From assembly GCA_964448075.1 (NCBI GenBank), contig CAYUUR010000003.1:133610-197609 (forward strand): a DNA stretch of 64,000 bases, in the 5' to 3' direction. How positions within the stretch are numbered: position 1 is the stretch's first letter; every line of letters begins with the position of its first letter. This document shows positions 1 through 9,972 of this stretch, piece after piece. A program made the translations under genes and the position numbers. The DNA is from an uncultured Candidatus Saccharibacteria bacterium. GTDB taxonomy: Bacteria > Patescibacteriota > Saccharimonadia > Saccharimonadales > CAYUUR01. The notes beneath the pieces are model-generated. The model was not told where the DNA came from. It saw only the letters and a program-made list of their open reading frames with translations, and did not search any database.

Positions 1-661
1 TTTGGGCTAGTTGTGGACGGGTCTGGCTGAGCTTCCAGGCGTTGGTGATGCCTTCGGCCTTGAGTCGTGGGGATAATCGTCTACCGACACCCCATACGTC
101 ACTGATGGGCGTGCGCTCTAGGTACGGCTGGCGCTCTGTTTGACCGAGCGTAGCGACATCAAGCACGCCGCCAAGCTCTAATTCTTTCTTGGCACGTTCA
201 CTGGCTAGCTTGGCTAAGGTTTTGCTGGGCGCGATGCCGATTGATACTGGCATGCCGGTCCACTGCAATAGTTTTGCCCGTACCATTTTGCCCCACGCGG
301 TGTAGTCGTCTATTTGCAGGGCTGATAAGTCCAGGAACGACTCGTCGACCGAATAGATTTCGATACGCGGTGTAATGCTGGTCAGAATACTGGTGATGCG
401 CCGTGACATGTCGCCGTAGAGTTCAAAATTACCGCTAAATGACAGGACGTGATTGTCTTTAAAAAACTGCCGGAATTTAAAGGCTGGCGCACCCATCGGG
501 ATGCCAAGAGCTTTAGCCTCATTACTCCGAGCTACCACACAGCCGTCGTTGCTACTGAGCGCTACGACCGGCTTGCCTTCGAGGTCTGGCCTGAAAACGC
601 GCATACAGCTGACAAAGAAATTATTACAATCCACTAGTGCAAACACAGTGTCTTTGCTCAT
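1..661 (-). CDS. umuC: Y-family translesion DNA polymerase, UmuC-like; N-terminal ~220 aa, C-terminus lies beyond the left window edge
   Basis: Own reverse-strand translation from the ATG (complement of 659-661): MSKDTVFALVDCNNFFVSCMRVFRPDLEGKPVVALSSNDGCVVARSNEAKALGIPMG...IYSVDESFLDL...SIGIAPSKTLAKLAS. DCNNFF, SxDExFLD and GIAPxKxLAK are canonical Y-family motifs. ATGA start/stop overlap with the umuD-like ORF. Not in the ORF track because there is no stop inside the window. Confidence 0.85.
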   Translation of the reverse strand, partial: MSKDTVFALVDCNNFFVSCMRVFRPDLEGKPVVALSSNDGCVVARSNEAKALGIPMGAPAFKFRQFFKDNHVLSFSGNFELYGDMSRRITSILTSITPRIEIYSVDESFLDLSALQIDDYTAWGKMVRAKLLQWTGMPVSIGIAPSKTLAKLASERAKKELELGGVLDVATLGQTERQPYLERTPISDVWGVGRRLSPRLKAEGITNAWKLSQTRPQLAQ

Positions 662-969
662 ACTCGGTACCTCCGAATGTGGCTGGTGACCACACCCCAC
701 GGTTGGACGTCAGTCGGTAGTTTGCGGAAGCGGCTCAACGTGTATTCTTCCTCGTCCCACCAGACGACGACGTCGTGCGGTTTGGGTTCTAGGGCTTTGT
801 CGATGACGACAATGTCATCGCCGACCCGCATCAAAAACGTGCTGGCCGGATGTTTGATAAGTAGTGTTGAGAGATCAAGTGAAATGATATTGCTATCTGT
901 AGCGGCGTTTGGGAAGCCACGGTGTTCTGTGACGCTTTCGGCAGCATCTTCATAAGGCGAATGACTCAT
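658..969 (-). CDS. umuD: UmuD-like (LexA/S24 fold) protein, short 103-aa form
   Basis: RGFPNAATD..LDLSTLLIKHPASTFLMRV..TLSRFRKL..WGVVTSHIR aligns by eye to E. coli UmuD (CGFPSPAADY..IDLNQLLIQHPSATYFVKA..FTVKKLQL..FGVVIHVVK). Translationally coupled to the umuC-like gene. Confidence 0.7.
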   Translation of the reverse strand: MSHSPYEDAAESVTEHRGFPNAATDSNIISLDLSTLLIKHPASTFLMRVGDDIVVIDKALEPKPHDVVVWWDEEEYTLSRFRKLPTDVQPWGVVTSHIRRYRV

Positions 970-1117
970 TACAAAAACTCCTTCATGAGGTTGATAAGAG
1001 ATGGTTGGTGTCGCTCGGATAGCTCCTCAGCACGACGGGTTTTGTGTAATGAAGCTTGTAGGTAGAAATTAGCGCTGAGCCAAAGTGCCTACATTGCTAG
1101 TGTCTAGTATAAGAAAT

Positions 1118-1498
1118 CTACTTGAGCTTGTCGAGTACGCCGACGAGTTCTTTGGGTGTGAGTTCGGCTTTGATGATGTAGCCGTCGGCTTGCCGTTCAA
1201 TGGCGTCGCGGACTTCTTCGCGTTGTTCGAGGTTGGTCGTGATAAGGACGCGGGCTTTTAACTCGGGTGTCTGGGCGGGGTCGCGCAGGATTTTGAGAAT
1301 GTCTGTGCCGGAGAGGCTTGGCACCATGATGTCCAGCAGGATGATGTCGTACTGGTTGGTCTGGGCTGCCTTGAGGCCTTCCCCACCGTCGACAACCACC
1401 GTCACGTCATAGCCGGCTTTGGTCAGGGCACGAACGTACAGTTCGCTGATGAAATGCTCGTCCTCAATACATAAAACTTTCTTTTTGGGTGTGTTCAT
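1118..1498 (-). CDS. response regulator, stand-alone receiver (CheY-like) domain
   Basis: KKVLCIEDEHF...DIILLDIMVPSLSGTDIL...ITTNL..K pattern of receiver domains. 126 aa with no output domain. Lies 2 nt downstream of the kinase gene. Confidence 0.85.
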   Translation of the reverse strand: MNTPKKKVLCIEDEHFISELYVRALTKAGYDVTVVVDGGEGLKAAQTNQYDIILLDIMVPSLSGTDILKILRDPAQTPELKARVLITTNLEQREEVRDAIERQADGYIIKAELTPKELVGVLDKLK

Positions 1499-1500
1499 GG

Positions 1501-3030
1501 TTATTTCCTATACATTGAATGGTTTTTGATCCAGCCGTGCGCCGTGCGTTCAATACCTTGATTATTGTTGGTTTTGAGTTCTTCTGCAAGGGTTTCGTAT
1601 GGCTGGAGTGTAAAACCAAAGGTGCTGCCCTCGCCTTCGCGTGACTTGACCCAGATATTGCCGCCGTGAGCGCTGACAACGGCTTTGCTGAGGTATAAGC
1701 CTAGCCCTGTGCCGCCGATTTGGGCACGGTTACGGTGGTTGCGCTGGAACTTCTCAAACAAGTGTGGGATGACGGTCTCTGGAATGCCGACGCCAAAGTC
1801 CTGAACAGTGGTTTCGACCATACCGTCTTGTGTCAGGTATGAGCGCACGATCACGCGGTTACTATCGGCACTATACTTAATGGCATTATCAACAAGGTTC
1901 ATGACAACTTCGTAGATACTCACCGCGTCCACGGCAACGTTTGGTAAATTAGGTGCTATCTCCCATTCAACTACCTTTTTGTGCACCTGAACGCGTAGTT
2001 TTATGTCCTGAATGGCTTGCTTTACTATCGGTGGCCATGCTTGCTCAGTCAGGCGTAGTGACAGCTGATTTCCCTCTACGCGTGCCACGTTGAGGATATT
2101 GTTTACAAAAGAGGATAGCTGCTGAGCAGAGGCATTCATTTTGTGCATGAAGCTTTCCATCTCTGGGTCGATCTTGCCCGTGAGTTCATCCTCAAATACC
2201 TCGATGTAGCCGCGCAGCATAGTCAATGGTGTGCGTAGTTCGTGTACAGCAAGCGCAACAAAACCCAGCCCTTCGTCATCTTGACCGTACGCATCTGTAC
2301 GGTCAAATATCGCTATGATTGTTTCGATTCCTGCAGAACTGTCCTTACTGTAGTACGCAGCCATATCAAACTGTCTGTGATGATCTGGGTCGTCGGGAGG
2401 GTTCAACCGTACTCGTCGCCAGCTATTGGTACCGGTAACCTTTGTTTGTCTGCAGGCGTCCAGCCACGTGCCAAAAGTACTGTCTCCAGAAAAATCTAGA
2501 CTCATAACACCGCCAAGTTGACTGCCTAGTATCTTTTCCTCTGGCTTACCAAGGTACTTCATGGTGTGGGCGTTAGCGTAGACAATCTCCGACTCTTTGT
2601 TCATAGCGATAACAGGTACAGGGATATTGTCGCAAATCAGTTTTGTAATATCTTCCTGTGCTGTCGTGCTTGTTGGGTTTGCCTTGCTGGCGGCTTCATA
2701 GACTTGACGTGCCAGGCTATTAACGAGTTCTTGGCCTACGGTGCTACTGTCGAGGTTGGGCGCGTCAGTGGAATTATGTTGCGGCGAGATATGTAGCACT
2801 GCCCGCCATACCAGTCCAAGCGGTTTGAGTGCATAGTTTGTAACGACGTTCGAAATCACCAGGATTATTACAACGCTAATTGCCAGCAGCATGAGGCTAA
2901 TTTCTGTATCATGGCCGGGATAGTAGCGACGCGCCAGCCAGCCACCCAAAATCACCAGCATGGTACATCCGAGCAACAATACGAAGATGAAGATTCGTAC
3001 TTGCTGCTTTAGTTTATTAAAATGATCCAT
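1501..3030 (-). CDS. sensor histidine kinase (N-terminal TM helices, PAS-like region, HisKA + HATPase_c)
   Basis: H-box HELRTPLT, N-box LVDNAIKY, G-boxes DFGVGI and GGTGLGLYL; hydrophobic N-terminal segments. Confidence 0.85.
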   Translation of the reverse strand: MDHFNKLKQQVRIFIFVLLLGCTMLVILGGWLARRYYPGHDTEISLMLLAISVVIILVISNVVTNYALKPLGLVWRAVLHISPQHNSTDAPNLDSSTVGQELVNSLARQVYEAASKANPTSTTAQEDITKLICDNIPVPVIAMNKESEIVYANAHTMKYLGKPEEKILGSQLGGVMSLDFSGDSTFGTWLDACRQTKVTGTNSWRRVRLNPPDDPDHHRQFDMAAYYSKDSSAGIETIIAIFDRTDAYGQDDEGLGFVALAVHELRTPLTMLRGYIEVFEDELTGKIDPEMESFMHKMNASAQQLSSFVNNILNVARVEGNQLSLRLTEQAWPPIVKQAIQDIKLRVQVHKKVVEWEIAPNLPNVAVDAVSIYEVVMNLVDNAIKYSADSNRVIVRSYLTQDGMVETTVQDFGVGIPETVIPHLFEKFQRNHRNRAQIGGTGLGLYLSKAVVSAHGGNIWVKSREGEGSTFGFTLQPYETLAEELKTNNNQGIERTAHGWIKNHSMYRK

Positions 3031-3048
3031 ACCCCACCGTTTCTGTCG

Positions 3049-4272
3049 CTATGGTTTAGCGACCACAGCCCCTGGATTATCTACGATTGTTATCCAGGTT
3101 TGTCCAGGGTTGAGCTGAATGGTTTTGCCTTTTGCGTCAGTAAATGTGAACTGTGATGTACGGCTGAGCTTCTTCCATGTTCCGGTAGTTTTGCCGCCGT
3201 CTTGGAAGACAAACATCTTGCCGCTGCCAGTTGTTTTGTAGGTGGTGTGGTGATCGTCGTTGGCGAGGCCTTTGTTCATGACGAGCGCTATGACAACTTT
3301 GGGGTTGATAGTCTTACCGGACTTTTCATCCTTATGCGCCTTGCCGCCCATGCTTCGCTTGTAGCTGTTGGTTTTGACATCGTAACCGTACTCGACGTTG
3401 TACAGTGTTGACGAAATATCCATGCTGATCTTGGTAACTGTTGGTGGCTTCTCTGCCTTTTCTTCCTTGCGTTCAAAGCCCTTAAATTCACCTTTGTCGT
3501 ACTTACGAGCTTTCCTCCCCGCGTCGAGTTGTTTCATGCTGGTGTACATGTTGTGCGGTGCGTAACGCTCCGGAATCCGCTGGTAGTAGTTAGAGTTATA
3601 GAATTGATCAAGGTCTTTTATGCCGAGTGCACGGATCTGTTTGATGGCTTCTGGGCTACCACCAACATGTGCATACATTGCTGCATACGGCAGAAGCCAA
3701 TCGAGATAGTATGGTCGTGAACTGCGCACTGGTCCAATCCGGGCTGGCTGCGCTTCCTGATACAGCGCCACAAAGCGCGTGATGCCGCCTTCGGCAACGG
3801 CTTCATAGACTACGCCCGCTTCAGTAAGGCCTGATTGAGGCCGAGCGTCCGGGCTATTCTCTATCATGACTGCTGTGACGCCACGTTGATTGAGCTCAGG
3901 CTGCACTTGTATCCCCGTCAGCTGTGATGCTTCAGTGGTAGGTTTAGCTTCTTGCGTTGCCACTGCCGGTGCTACATAGGTTGTTGGAGATTTTGCAAAT
4001 AGCTGCGTGTACACAAAAAAGCCGATAATTCCGCCGATGAAAAGTACTAAAAATACAGCAAGTACTATCTGTTTTTTCTTGGAAAGATGGCTCGGCCAGA
4101 GTTTGAAAGACCGTTTCTTCTTTGATTTGCCGGGGCTGTTAAGACCGTCAATGGCCATGTCCATTGGTATGCCACCGCTCTCTGGTAACGGTGCTGGTGT
4201 TGTATTTTGCGTTTCGGGGTCATTTTGTTTTGGCGGTTCAACGGAGGCTGAACCAGAAAAGTCTTCAATCAT
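3049..4272 (-). CDS. DUF3048-family (YerB-like) membrane-anchored protein
   Basis: One TM helix (IVLAVFLVLFIGGIIGFFVY), then VYEAVAEGGITRFVALYQ and RSSRPYYLDW blocks that I recognise as DUF3048-type. Confidence 0.65.
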   Translation of the reverse strand: MIEDFSGSASVEPPKQNDPETQNTTPAPLPESGGIPMDMAIDGLNSPGKSKKKRSFKLWPSHLSKKKQIVLAVFLVLFIGGIIGFFVYTQLFAKSPTTYVAPAVATQEAKPTTEASQLTGIQVQPELNQRGVTAVMIENSPDARPQSGLTEAGVVYEAVAEGGITRFVALYQEAQPARIGPVRSSRPYYLDWLLPYAAMYAHVGGSPEAIKQIRALGIKDLDQFYNSNYYQRIPERYAPHNMYTSMKQLDAGRKARKYDKGEFKGFERKEEKAEKPPTVTKISMDISSTLYNVEYGYDVKTNSYKRSMGGKAHKDEKSGKTINPKVVIALVMNKGLANDDHHTTYKTTGSGKMFVFQDGGKTTGTWKKLSRTSQFTFTDAKGKTIQLNPGQTWITIVDNPGAVVAKP

Positions 4273-4305
4273 AAGCGCTATTGTAGCAAGCTTTTCGTCT
4301 CTGTA

Positions 4306-5751
4306 CTAGCCCTGTTGAGCAGATGTCAGCGCGGCAAGCTGTTCGTCGATTCGTCGTAAACTCGTTTCTTTACCGAGGACAGCTAGACTTTCGGCTAGTC
4401 CAGGACTTGATGCTGCTTGCGTGGTCGCGATACGCACCAGACTAAACAGTACGGCAGGTTTCTGCCCACTCGATTCTAGTAATTTATTCAGTTCCGCTTG
4501 CAGTGCATCGACGCTGAATTCGGTCTCCGCCAAACGATCACGACAGCTCTGTAGTAGGTTGCGCAGTTCATACTTCTCTAGTTTCTTAAGTTGTTTATGA
4601 TCGTCAATTAGTTCTGGCTTTATGGGTAAATCAACAAAGAAAAAGCGCGTTAGCTCTGGTAGCTCCGCAAAGAACTTGAGTCGCTCCTGAACAAGGCTAA
4701 GCACGGCTTGTTTGTACGTATCGTCAGAATCCGCAGCTTCCTTAGGCCAGAAATCTGTCACCTTTTTGTACAATTCATCAAGTGACATTTCGCGAATAAA
4801 GTGCCCATTGGTCCAGAGTAGTCGGCGTTCGTCAAAATGCGCGCCACTTTTGCCCACACGATCAAGACTGAATTTTTCGATCAGTTCGTCGGTCGTAAAT
4901 ACTTCTTGCTCGCTCCCGTCGTTCCAACCGAGTGTTGCAATAAAGCTTCTCAATGCCTCGGGTAAATAGCCTTCTCGAATGTAATCCAGTACATCTTTAG
5001 CACCATCACGCTTGCTGAGCTTCTTATTGCCTTGCTCGTTCAAAATATGCGGCATTGTAGCAAACAAAGGTCGCTCTATTTGAAAAGCTTCATAGAGGTT
5101 CAGATAGTTCGGCATGCTTGCTAGGAATTCTTGTCCACGGATGATATGACTAATCTGCATTTCGGCATCGTCCACAATATGCGCAAAGTTATAGGTTGGA
5201 TAGCCATCAGATTTAATCAGTATAAAATCATCGACAACCTCTGGCCCGGTGCTGATGTCACCCATGACTTCGTCATGCCAGGTGTAGGCCTTCGGCTCAG
5301 ACTTGAAGCGTAATGGTGTGGTGCCATCCCAGGCTGGCGGGTTTTCTGGCCTGTGGTTGCGATACAGAAATGGCTTCTTATCCTTCTGCGCTTGTTCTCG
5401 GAACGCCTGGACTTCTGCCGCAGTGTACGGGTCCGCGTAGGCGCGGCCGGAGGCAACGAGCTGCTTGGCCCACTTTTTGTAACTTTCGAGTCGTTCACTT
5501 TGTCGGTATGGCCCGAACTCGCCTGGCTTGTCGGGACCTTCGTCATAGTGCAAGCCAAGAGCCTTGAGACTGTCCATAAGGTGCTTATCGGCGCCAGCGA
5601 CTTCTCTCTTTTGGTCGGTGTCTTCGAGCCGTAAGATAAATATGCCTTTATGTTGTCGAGCAAGCAGCCATGCAAAGAGCGCGGTTCTGATTCCACCAAC
5701 ATGGAGTAAGCCCGTGGGACTTGGGGCGAAGCGTGTTCTAACCTGTTTCAT
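4306..5751 (-). CDS. gltX: glutamate--tRNA ligase
   Basis: RFAPSPTGLLHVGG (HIGH), KLSKR (KMSKS), 481 aa, typical class I GluRS layout. Confidence 0.92.
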   Translation of the reverse strand: MKQVRTRFAPSPTGLLHVGGIRTALFAWLLARQHKGIFILRLEDTDQKREVAGADKHLMDSLKALGLHYDEGPDKPGEFGPYRQSERLESYKKWAKQLVASGRAYADPYTAAEVQAFREQAQKDKKPFLYRNHRPENPPAWDGTTPLRFKSEPKAYTWHDEVMGDISTGPEVVDDFILIKSDGYPTYNFAHIVDDAEMQISHIIRGQEFLASMPNYLNLYEAFQIERPLFATMPHILNEQGNKKLSKRDGAKDVLDYIREGYLPEALRSFIATLGWNDGSEQEVFTTDELIEKFSLDRVGKSGAHFDERRLLWTNGHFIREMSLDELYKKVTDFWPKEAADSDDTYKQAVLSLVQERLKFFAELPELTRFFFVDLPIKPELIDDHKQLKKLEKYELRNLLQSCRDRLAETEFSVDALQAELNKLLESSGQKPAVLFSLVRIATTQAASSPGLAESLAVLGKETSLRRIDEQLAALTSAQQG

Positions 5752-5796
5752 CAGAGGTATTTTAGCTGATTGTCAGCAAACTGTAAAAAGAAGTTA

Positions 5797-6936
5797 CTAC
5801 AGGCTACTGGCGACACGGAGCAACTGGTCGCTATTGAGGTTAGAGTTGCCATCAATCTGATACCATACGCCACCACTTACCCATGTGGCGCTCGAATTGT
5901 TGTACATGTAAATAGTGCGGCCTGCTTCCTGAAACGTTTGGTATGGCTGGTTGAGCGTGGCTACAAAGTTGTTTAAGAGCGATTCGCTGTTCCATTCCGA
6001 AGGACGTTGCGATATCTGAAAATTACGTCCGTCGGTATTCGATGCAAAGTTAATAGTAACGACTCCGGGAGCAGCCTGTACCGGCCCGCTCATTGCAAAA
6101 CCGGATGGTTGATATTCTGGCAAGCGTGCACTAAAACCAGCTTTGTTAGCGGCCATACGGACGGCAATGTTCGGGATATTCTGATAAGCAAAGAAGCCAA
6201 CGAGTAGTAGTACGGACAAGCTAGCAGCAGCAGTACTTACAAAGCGGCTACTTACACCAAGTTTGTGGGCGACTTTGTGTTTTGTTTTTGTCTTAGCTAG
6301 TTTGTGTTTGGTATGACTGGTTGATTTTTCCATGGCCGCAGCGATTGTAGATTGCGCTCCGCTGCTGTGTTTGGCAGCCACTGGTCGTGTGCTCGCTGTG
6401 AGCGGTGGTGCTTGTCTGTGTGCTGGTGCGACGTGTGCGGGCATTGGGGTGACGGGCAGATGCTTCGTGGTCTTAGTGACCGGCTTCGGACCGAATCCAA
6501 ACCGACTAATCAACGGACTCTGTGCGATCTTGTGCGCCTGTTGGGCACGTTTTTCTTGGATTTGAGCAGGAGTAGTTACTGCATGGTCTAGGGGGGTCGA
6601 TACTGCCGAGAATGCTTTGGTCTGTGTAGCGTTGGAGGGTTTCTTTACCGCGCTACGCATAAGGGTCTTTGCAGCTTGCGGCTTACGGGTGGCGTGACTT
6701 GGTTTTTGCGCGCTCGTGGCTGGTTTGACCTTTGGTGTGGGATGTACAGACACGGCCGAGCTACGGACGAATCCATCCATGTTTGTGCCCGCTGTGCGCT
6801 GAGCAGGCACTTTTTTGCCAGTTGCATTCTGATGAACGGTTACCTTTGACTGCGGCGCTGTCTCTGTCAACATCTTACCACTGACTGCGTCGTATTTTTT
6901 GCCGTTCAGTTCAATTACCGATTTGGTATGTGCCAC
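5797..6936 (-). CDS. hypothetical single-pass membrane protein (basic Ala/Pro/Thr-rich N-terminal half, TM, C-terminal globular domain)
   Basis: Long uninterrupted ORF; TM segment LSVLLLVGFFAY; no family recognised. Confidence 0.5.
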   Translation of the reverse strand: MAHTKSVIELNGKKYDAVSGKMLTETAPQSKVTVHQNATGKKVPAQRTAGTNMDGFVRSSAVSVHPTPKVKPATSAQKPSHATRKPQAAKTLMRSAVKKPSNATQTKAFSAVSTPLDHAVTTPAQIQEKRAQQAHKIAQSPLISRFGFGPKPVTKTTKHLPVTPMPAHVAPAHRQAPPLTASTRPVAAKHSSGAQSTIAAAMEKSTSHTKHKLAKTKTKHKVAHKLGVSSRFVSTAAASLSVLLLVGFFAYQNIPNIAVRMAANKAGFSARLPEYQPSGFAMSGPVQAAPGVVTINFASNTDGRNFQISQRPSEWNSESLLNNFVATLNQPYQTFQEAGRTIYMYNNSSATWVSGGVWYQIDGNSNLNSDQLLRVASSL

Positions 6937-7068
6937 TTTTTTGTTACCCTCTTTTTGAATATGCTTGCGCTTGTATCTGAATAGTATGTATCTTAGCGCT
7001 CCTTGTCGTTGTCTGCAAGCAGAAACCTTCGTGACGCCTGCGCTCAGACGTGCTATAAATTGTATTGC

Positions 7069-8532
7069 ATGGATTTTCTAGACCCATCTAAAAAAAGAAA
7101 AAACGGCATCAAGTTATTTGTTGGCTATTTACTGGTCGGTATTGCAATCGGCCTCGCTGCTCTTATCTTAATCTTTTTGTCTTATGGCTACTCACTTGAT
7201 CGTAAAACCGGCAGTGTTATCCAGAACGGCATCGTATTCGTTGCTTCTAAACCTGCCGATGCAGAGATATTCATAAATGGCGAGAAATACAAGGACAATA
7301 CAGACGCGCGTTTAGTTTTACCGAGTGCTCAGTACAAGCTGGAGATTCGGAAGAACGGCTACCGAACCTGGCAACGTGATTTTTATTTGAGTGGCGGTGA
7401 GATCCAGCGCTTTATCTATCCGTTCCTATTCCCGACTACACTAAGCACGAGTGATGTTGATACATTTACTGCAGCTCCGAGTATGGCATCGCAAAGCCCA
7501 GACCGTCGTTGGTTGATTGTTCAGTCTACAGCGCGCGATACAAGTTTTTCACTTTATGATCTGAACCAAGACGCACCAGTTGCGCAGTCACTCAGTTTAC
7601 CAAAAAACCTCGCAACTACAGGTACCACAGATGTCAAGGTCGTCGAATGGGCGAATGACAACAAGCATGTCTTACTTAAGCTGACCAGTAAAAAAGGTGT
7701 AGAGTTTATAATTCTCGATCGTGAGACGCCCACAAAATCACTTAATATCACATCAGCCACTAAGAAAGTAGCAGATGCGGTTACCTTACGCGACAAAAAG
7801 TTTGATACGTGGTATATGCATGTGTCTGGCAAACGGCAATTGTTTGTTGCCAGCGTCGGCACACCGACACCAAAGCTGCTCATTGAAGGGGTTATCGACT
7901 ACAAGACATACAGTACAGACGTCATTATGTACGCAACCGAAAACAAGGCAACTAAGGGCAAGGCACGTATCGTGATATGGGATGACGGGCGCGCAGATGT
8001 TCTGCGTGAGGTTGCTAAAAGTAAGAAGTATTTGCTTGACGTAACCCGCTTTGACAATCGATGGTATTTTGTGGCTGGCGCAGCTTCAGACGGTAAGATA
8101 TATGTATACCGAGACCCATTTGAAGTTATTCGAGCCAAGAATCCCGCCCAGCTTGTACCTGCAACAATCATGCGCCTAGATAACCCGACAAACGTGAGCT
8201 TTTCACAGAATACACGATTTGTTGCCGCGCAAGCAGGTGGTACATTTGCGGTTTATGACGCAGAAGCGGAGCTTGCCTATCGTTATGAGACTTCGCTTGC
8301 TTTCGTAGATGGCCAGAAAGCAGCATGGATGGATGGGCATCGTTTGAGTGCGGTTGTTGATGGTAAAGTAGTAGTCTTCGATTACGACGGCATAAATATG
8401 CAGACCTTGACCGATTCATCTACAGCGATGTTGCCTTACTTTACGAACAATTACGAAACCCTGTATACAGTTGCGCCTAAGGCAAAGTCAACAGAAGCAA
8501 ACCTCAGGCGTTCTAGTCTGCTTGTTGACTAG
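7069..8532 (+). CDS. PEGA domain-containing membrane-anchored protein
   Basis: Start moved to MDFLDPSKKRK (ATG 7069). TM helix, then PADAEIFINGEKY...YKLEIRKNGYRTWQRDF (PEGA-type beta-sandwich signature). Confidence 0.65.
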   Translation: MDFLDPSKKRKNGIKLFVGYLLVGIAIGLAALILIFLSYGYSLDRKTGSVIQNGIVFVASKPADAEIFINGEKYKDNTDARLVLPSAQYKLEIRKNGYRTWQRDFYLSGGEIQRFIYPFLFPTTLSTSDVDTFTAAPSMASQSPDRRWLIVQSTARDTSFSLYDLNQDAPVAQSLSLPKNLATTGTTDVKVVEWANDNKHVLLKLTSKKGVEFIILDRETPTKSLNITSATKKVADAVTLRDKKFDTWYMHVSGKRQLFVASVGTPTPKLLIEGVIDYKTYSTDVIMYATENKATKGKARIVIWDDGRADVLREVAKSKKYLLDVTRFDNRWYFVAGAASDGKIYVYRDPFEVIRAKNPAQLVPATIMRLDNPTNVSFSQNTRFVAAQAGGTFAVYDAEAELAYRYETSLAFVDGQKAAWMDGHRLSAVVDGKVVVFDYDGINMQTLTDSSTAMLPYFTNNYETLYTVAPKAKSTEANLRRSSLLVD

Positions 8533-8535
8533 CGT

Positions 8536-9732
8536 CTATTGCTCGTCTCCGCCACGTAGCCATGCCGTCATGCGGTTCCATAGGCTTGGTGCATTGCCTG
8601 GTACAACTTCAACCGCTTCATCGCTTGCTTTAGCCGTACTTGCCTTGTTGCTGGTTGGGCTCGGACTAATCTGCTCTGCTACCACGATAAGTCGGTTGAT
8701 TGATGTGCCTGGCGGGTCACACGTAATGAGTGTGACGGTTGCCGGTTTGCTCGTTTTACCGAGGACACTGACGTCACTCGGTTTAACAATCTTCTTCTCG
8801 TACACTTTGTATACGTATCTTTTACTGTCTTTCGTTAGGATGATGGTGTCGCCGGGTTGCAGGCGGTTCAAAAGTACGAAGGCAAATTTGTATTTACCTT
8901 GGTTGAGGATGTTGTTGCTGGAGTGCCCCACAATGACGGCATTCCCTTTCTCACCCGGGTTAGAGGTTGTGGCGTAGTGTACGACACCTCGCTCTAGTGA
9001 ATTTTGAATCGCAGATTCTTTGATACTCGGCTCGTCATAGACAACTGGAATCTCTACATTGATTTTAGGAATGATTACTTTTGGTTCGGGGCCAACTGCC
9101 GTACTGCTTGGGTCGATGATGATTGGTGTATTACTAACGGCTTTGCTTGGGGTGATAAAGGGCGCAATAAAACGTTCGTTGAAGAAGCCAAAGAGCATAA
9201 CAAGCAGTACTGTTGCACCAATGCCAAGCCCAAAAAATACTGACTGCATGTGTTGTTTTCGGGTCAGTTTTTTGTTGCTCACCGCATTGCGTGCGATGCG
9301 CCGCTTTAGGTCGCCAACGCTGGTTGGCGTTGCCGCGCGTTTTTTGTCTGGAGATGGTTTGTGTCGCGGTGTGTGTGCTGTTTCGACTGGCTGTTGTGCA
9401 GTCGTTACGGGCTGTTTTGAACGATCGTTTGTGTCGTAGAACTCTTGCCAGACTTGATGTTTTTCTTTATCAGGGAGGCTCTGATAATATTCATGCCAAG
9501 CAGTCTGGATTTCGGGTTGGGATTTGCCCGAAGCGATTAGCTCGTGCATGTAGCGTTGGTGTTTGCTGCGGTGGTCTGATGACTCTGCCAGTACGGCTTC
9601 TTTTTTGGCACTTGGTTCTTCGCCGTATAAGGCGCTGATCTTTTGCCGAATAACTTGGGCTGCCAAGTCACCATCGTGATTGGGCGCACGGTTGCTTGTT
9701 GGCTGTGTTGATGATGTGTCGTCTGGGTTCAT
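8536..9732 (-). CDS. sortase-family transpeptidase with long disordered N-terminal region
   Basis: TM helix, then VIVGHS...FAFVLLNRLQPGD...TLITCDP (TLxTC catalytic Cys motif)...RLIVVA. Confidence 0.8.
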   Translation of the reverse strand: MNPDDTSSTQPTSNRAPNHDGDLAAQVIRQKISALYGEEPSAKKEAVLAESSDHRSKHQRYMHELIASGKSQPEIQTAWHEYYQSLPDKEKHQVWQEFYDTNDRSKQPVTTAQQPVETAHTPRHKPSPDKKRAATPTSVGDLKRRIARNAVSNKKLTRKQHMQSVFFGLGIGATVLLVMLFGFFNERFIAPFITPSKAVSNTPIIIDPSSTAVGPEPKVIIPKINVEIPVVYDEPSIKESAIQNSLERGVVHYATTSNPGEKGNAVIVGHSSNNILNQGKYKFAFVLLNRLQPGDTIILTKDSKRYVYKVYEKKIVKPSDVSVLGKTSKPATVTLITCDPPGTSINRLIVVAEQISPSPTSNKASTAKASDEAVEVVPGNAPSLWNRMTAWLRGGDEQ

Positions 9733-9860
9733 AAAAATGCCGCGTCTCTTTGCGCGATACTCTAATTATAGTACAATAGCCCCTGATATTAACAGAGATG
9801 TTTTGCTTGTGCTTGATTATCTTCTGACGTGTATCTGTACTTTACGATAACTTATTGTCC

Positions 9861-9914
9861 GGGCGAGTGGCGGGTCTCAAGTGAAACATAGCCCAAGAAC
9901 AATTGTATACGCGC
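9861..9914 (+). repeat. partial upstream copy of the tRNA-Leu 5' end (two identical blocks split by a 31-nt insert)
   Basis: gggcgagtggcgg (9861-9873) equals tRNA 9973-9985. gtatacgcgc (9905-9914) equals tRNA 9991-10000. The blocks are 5 nt apart in the tRNA and 31 nt apart here; no T-arm follows. Confidence 0.6.
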
Positions 9915-9972
9915 TGCGCGAATCGTCCGCAAAGACGCTAAACTAACCTTTACAACTAGGCTTGATAACCGC

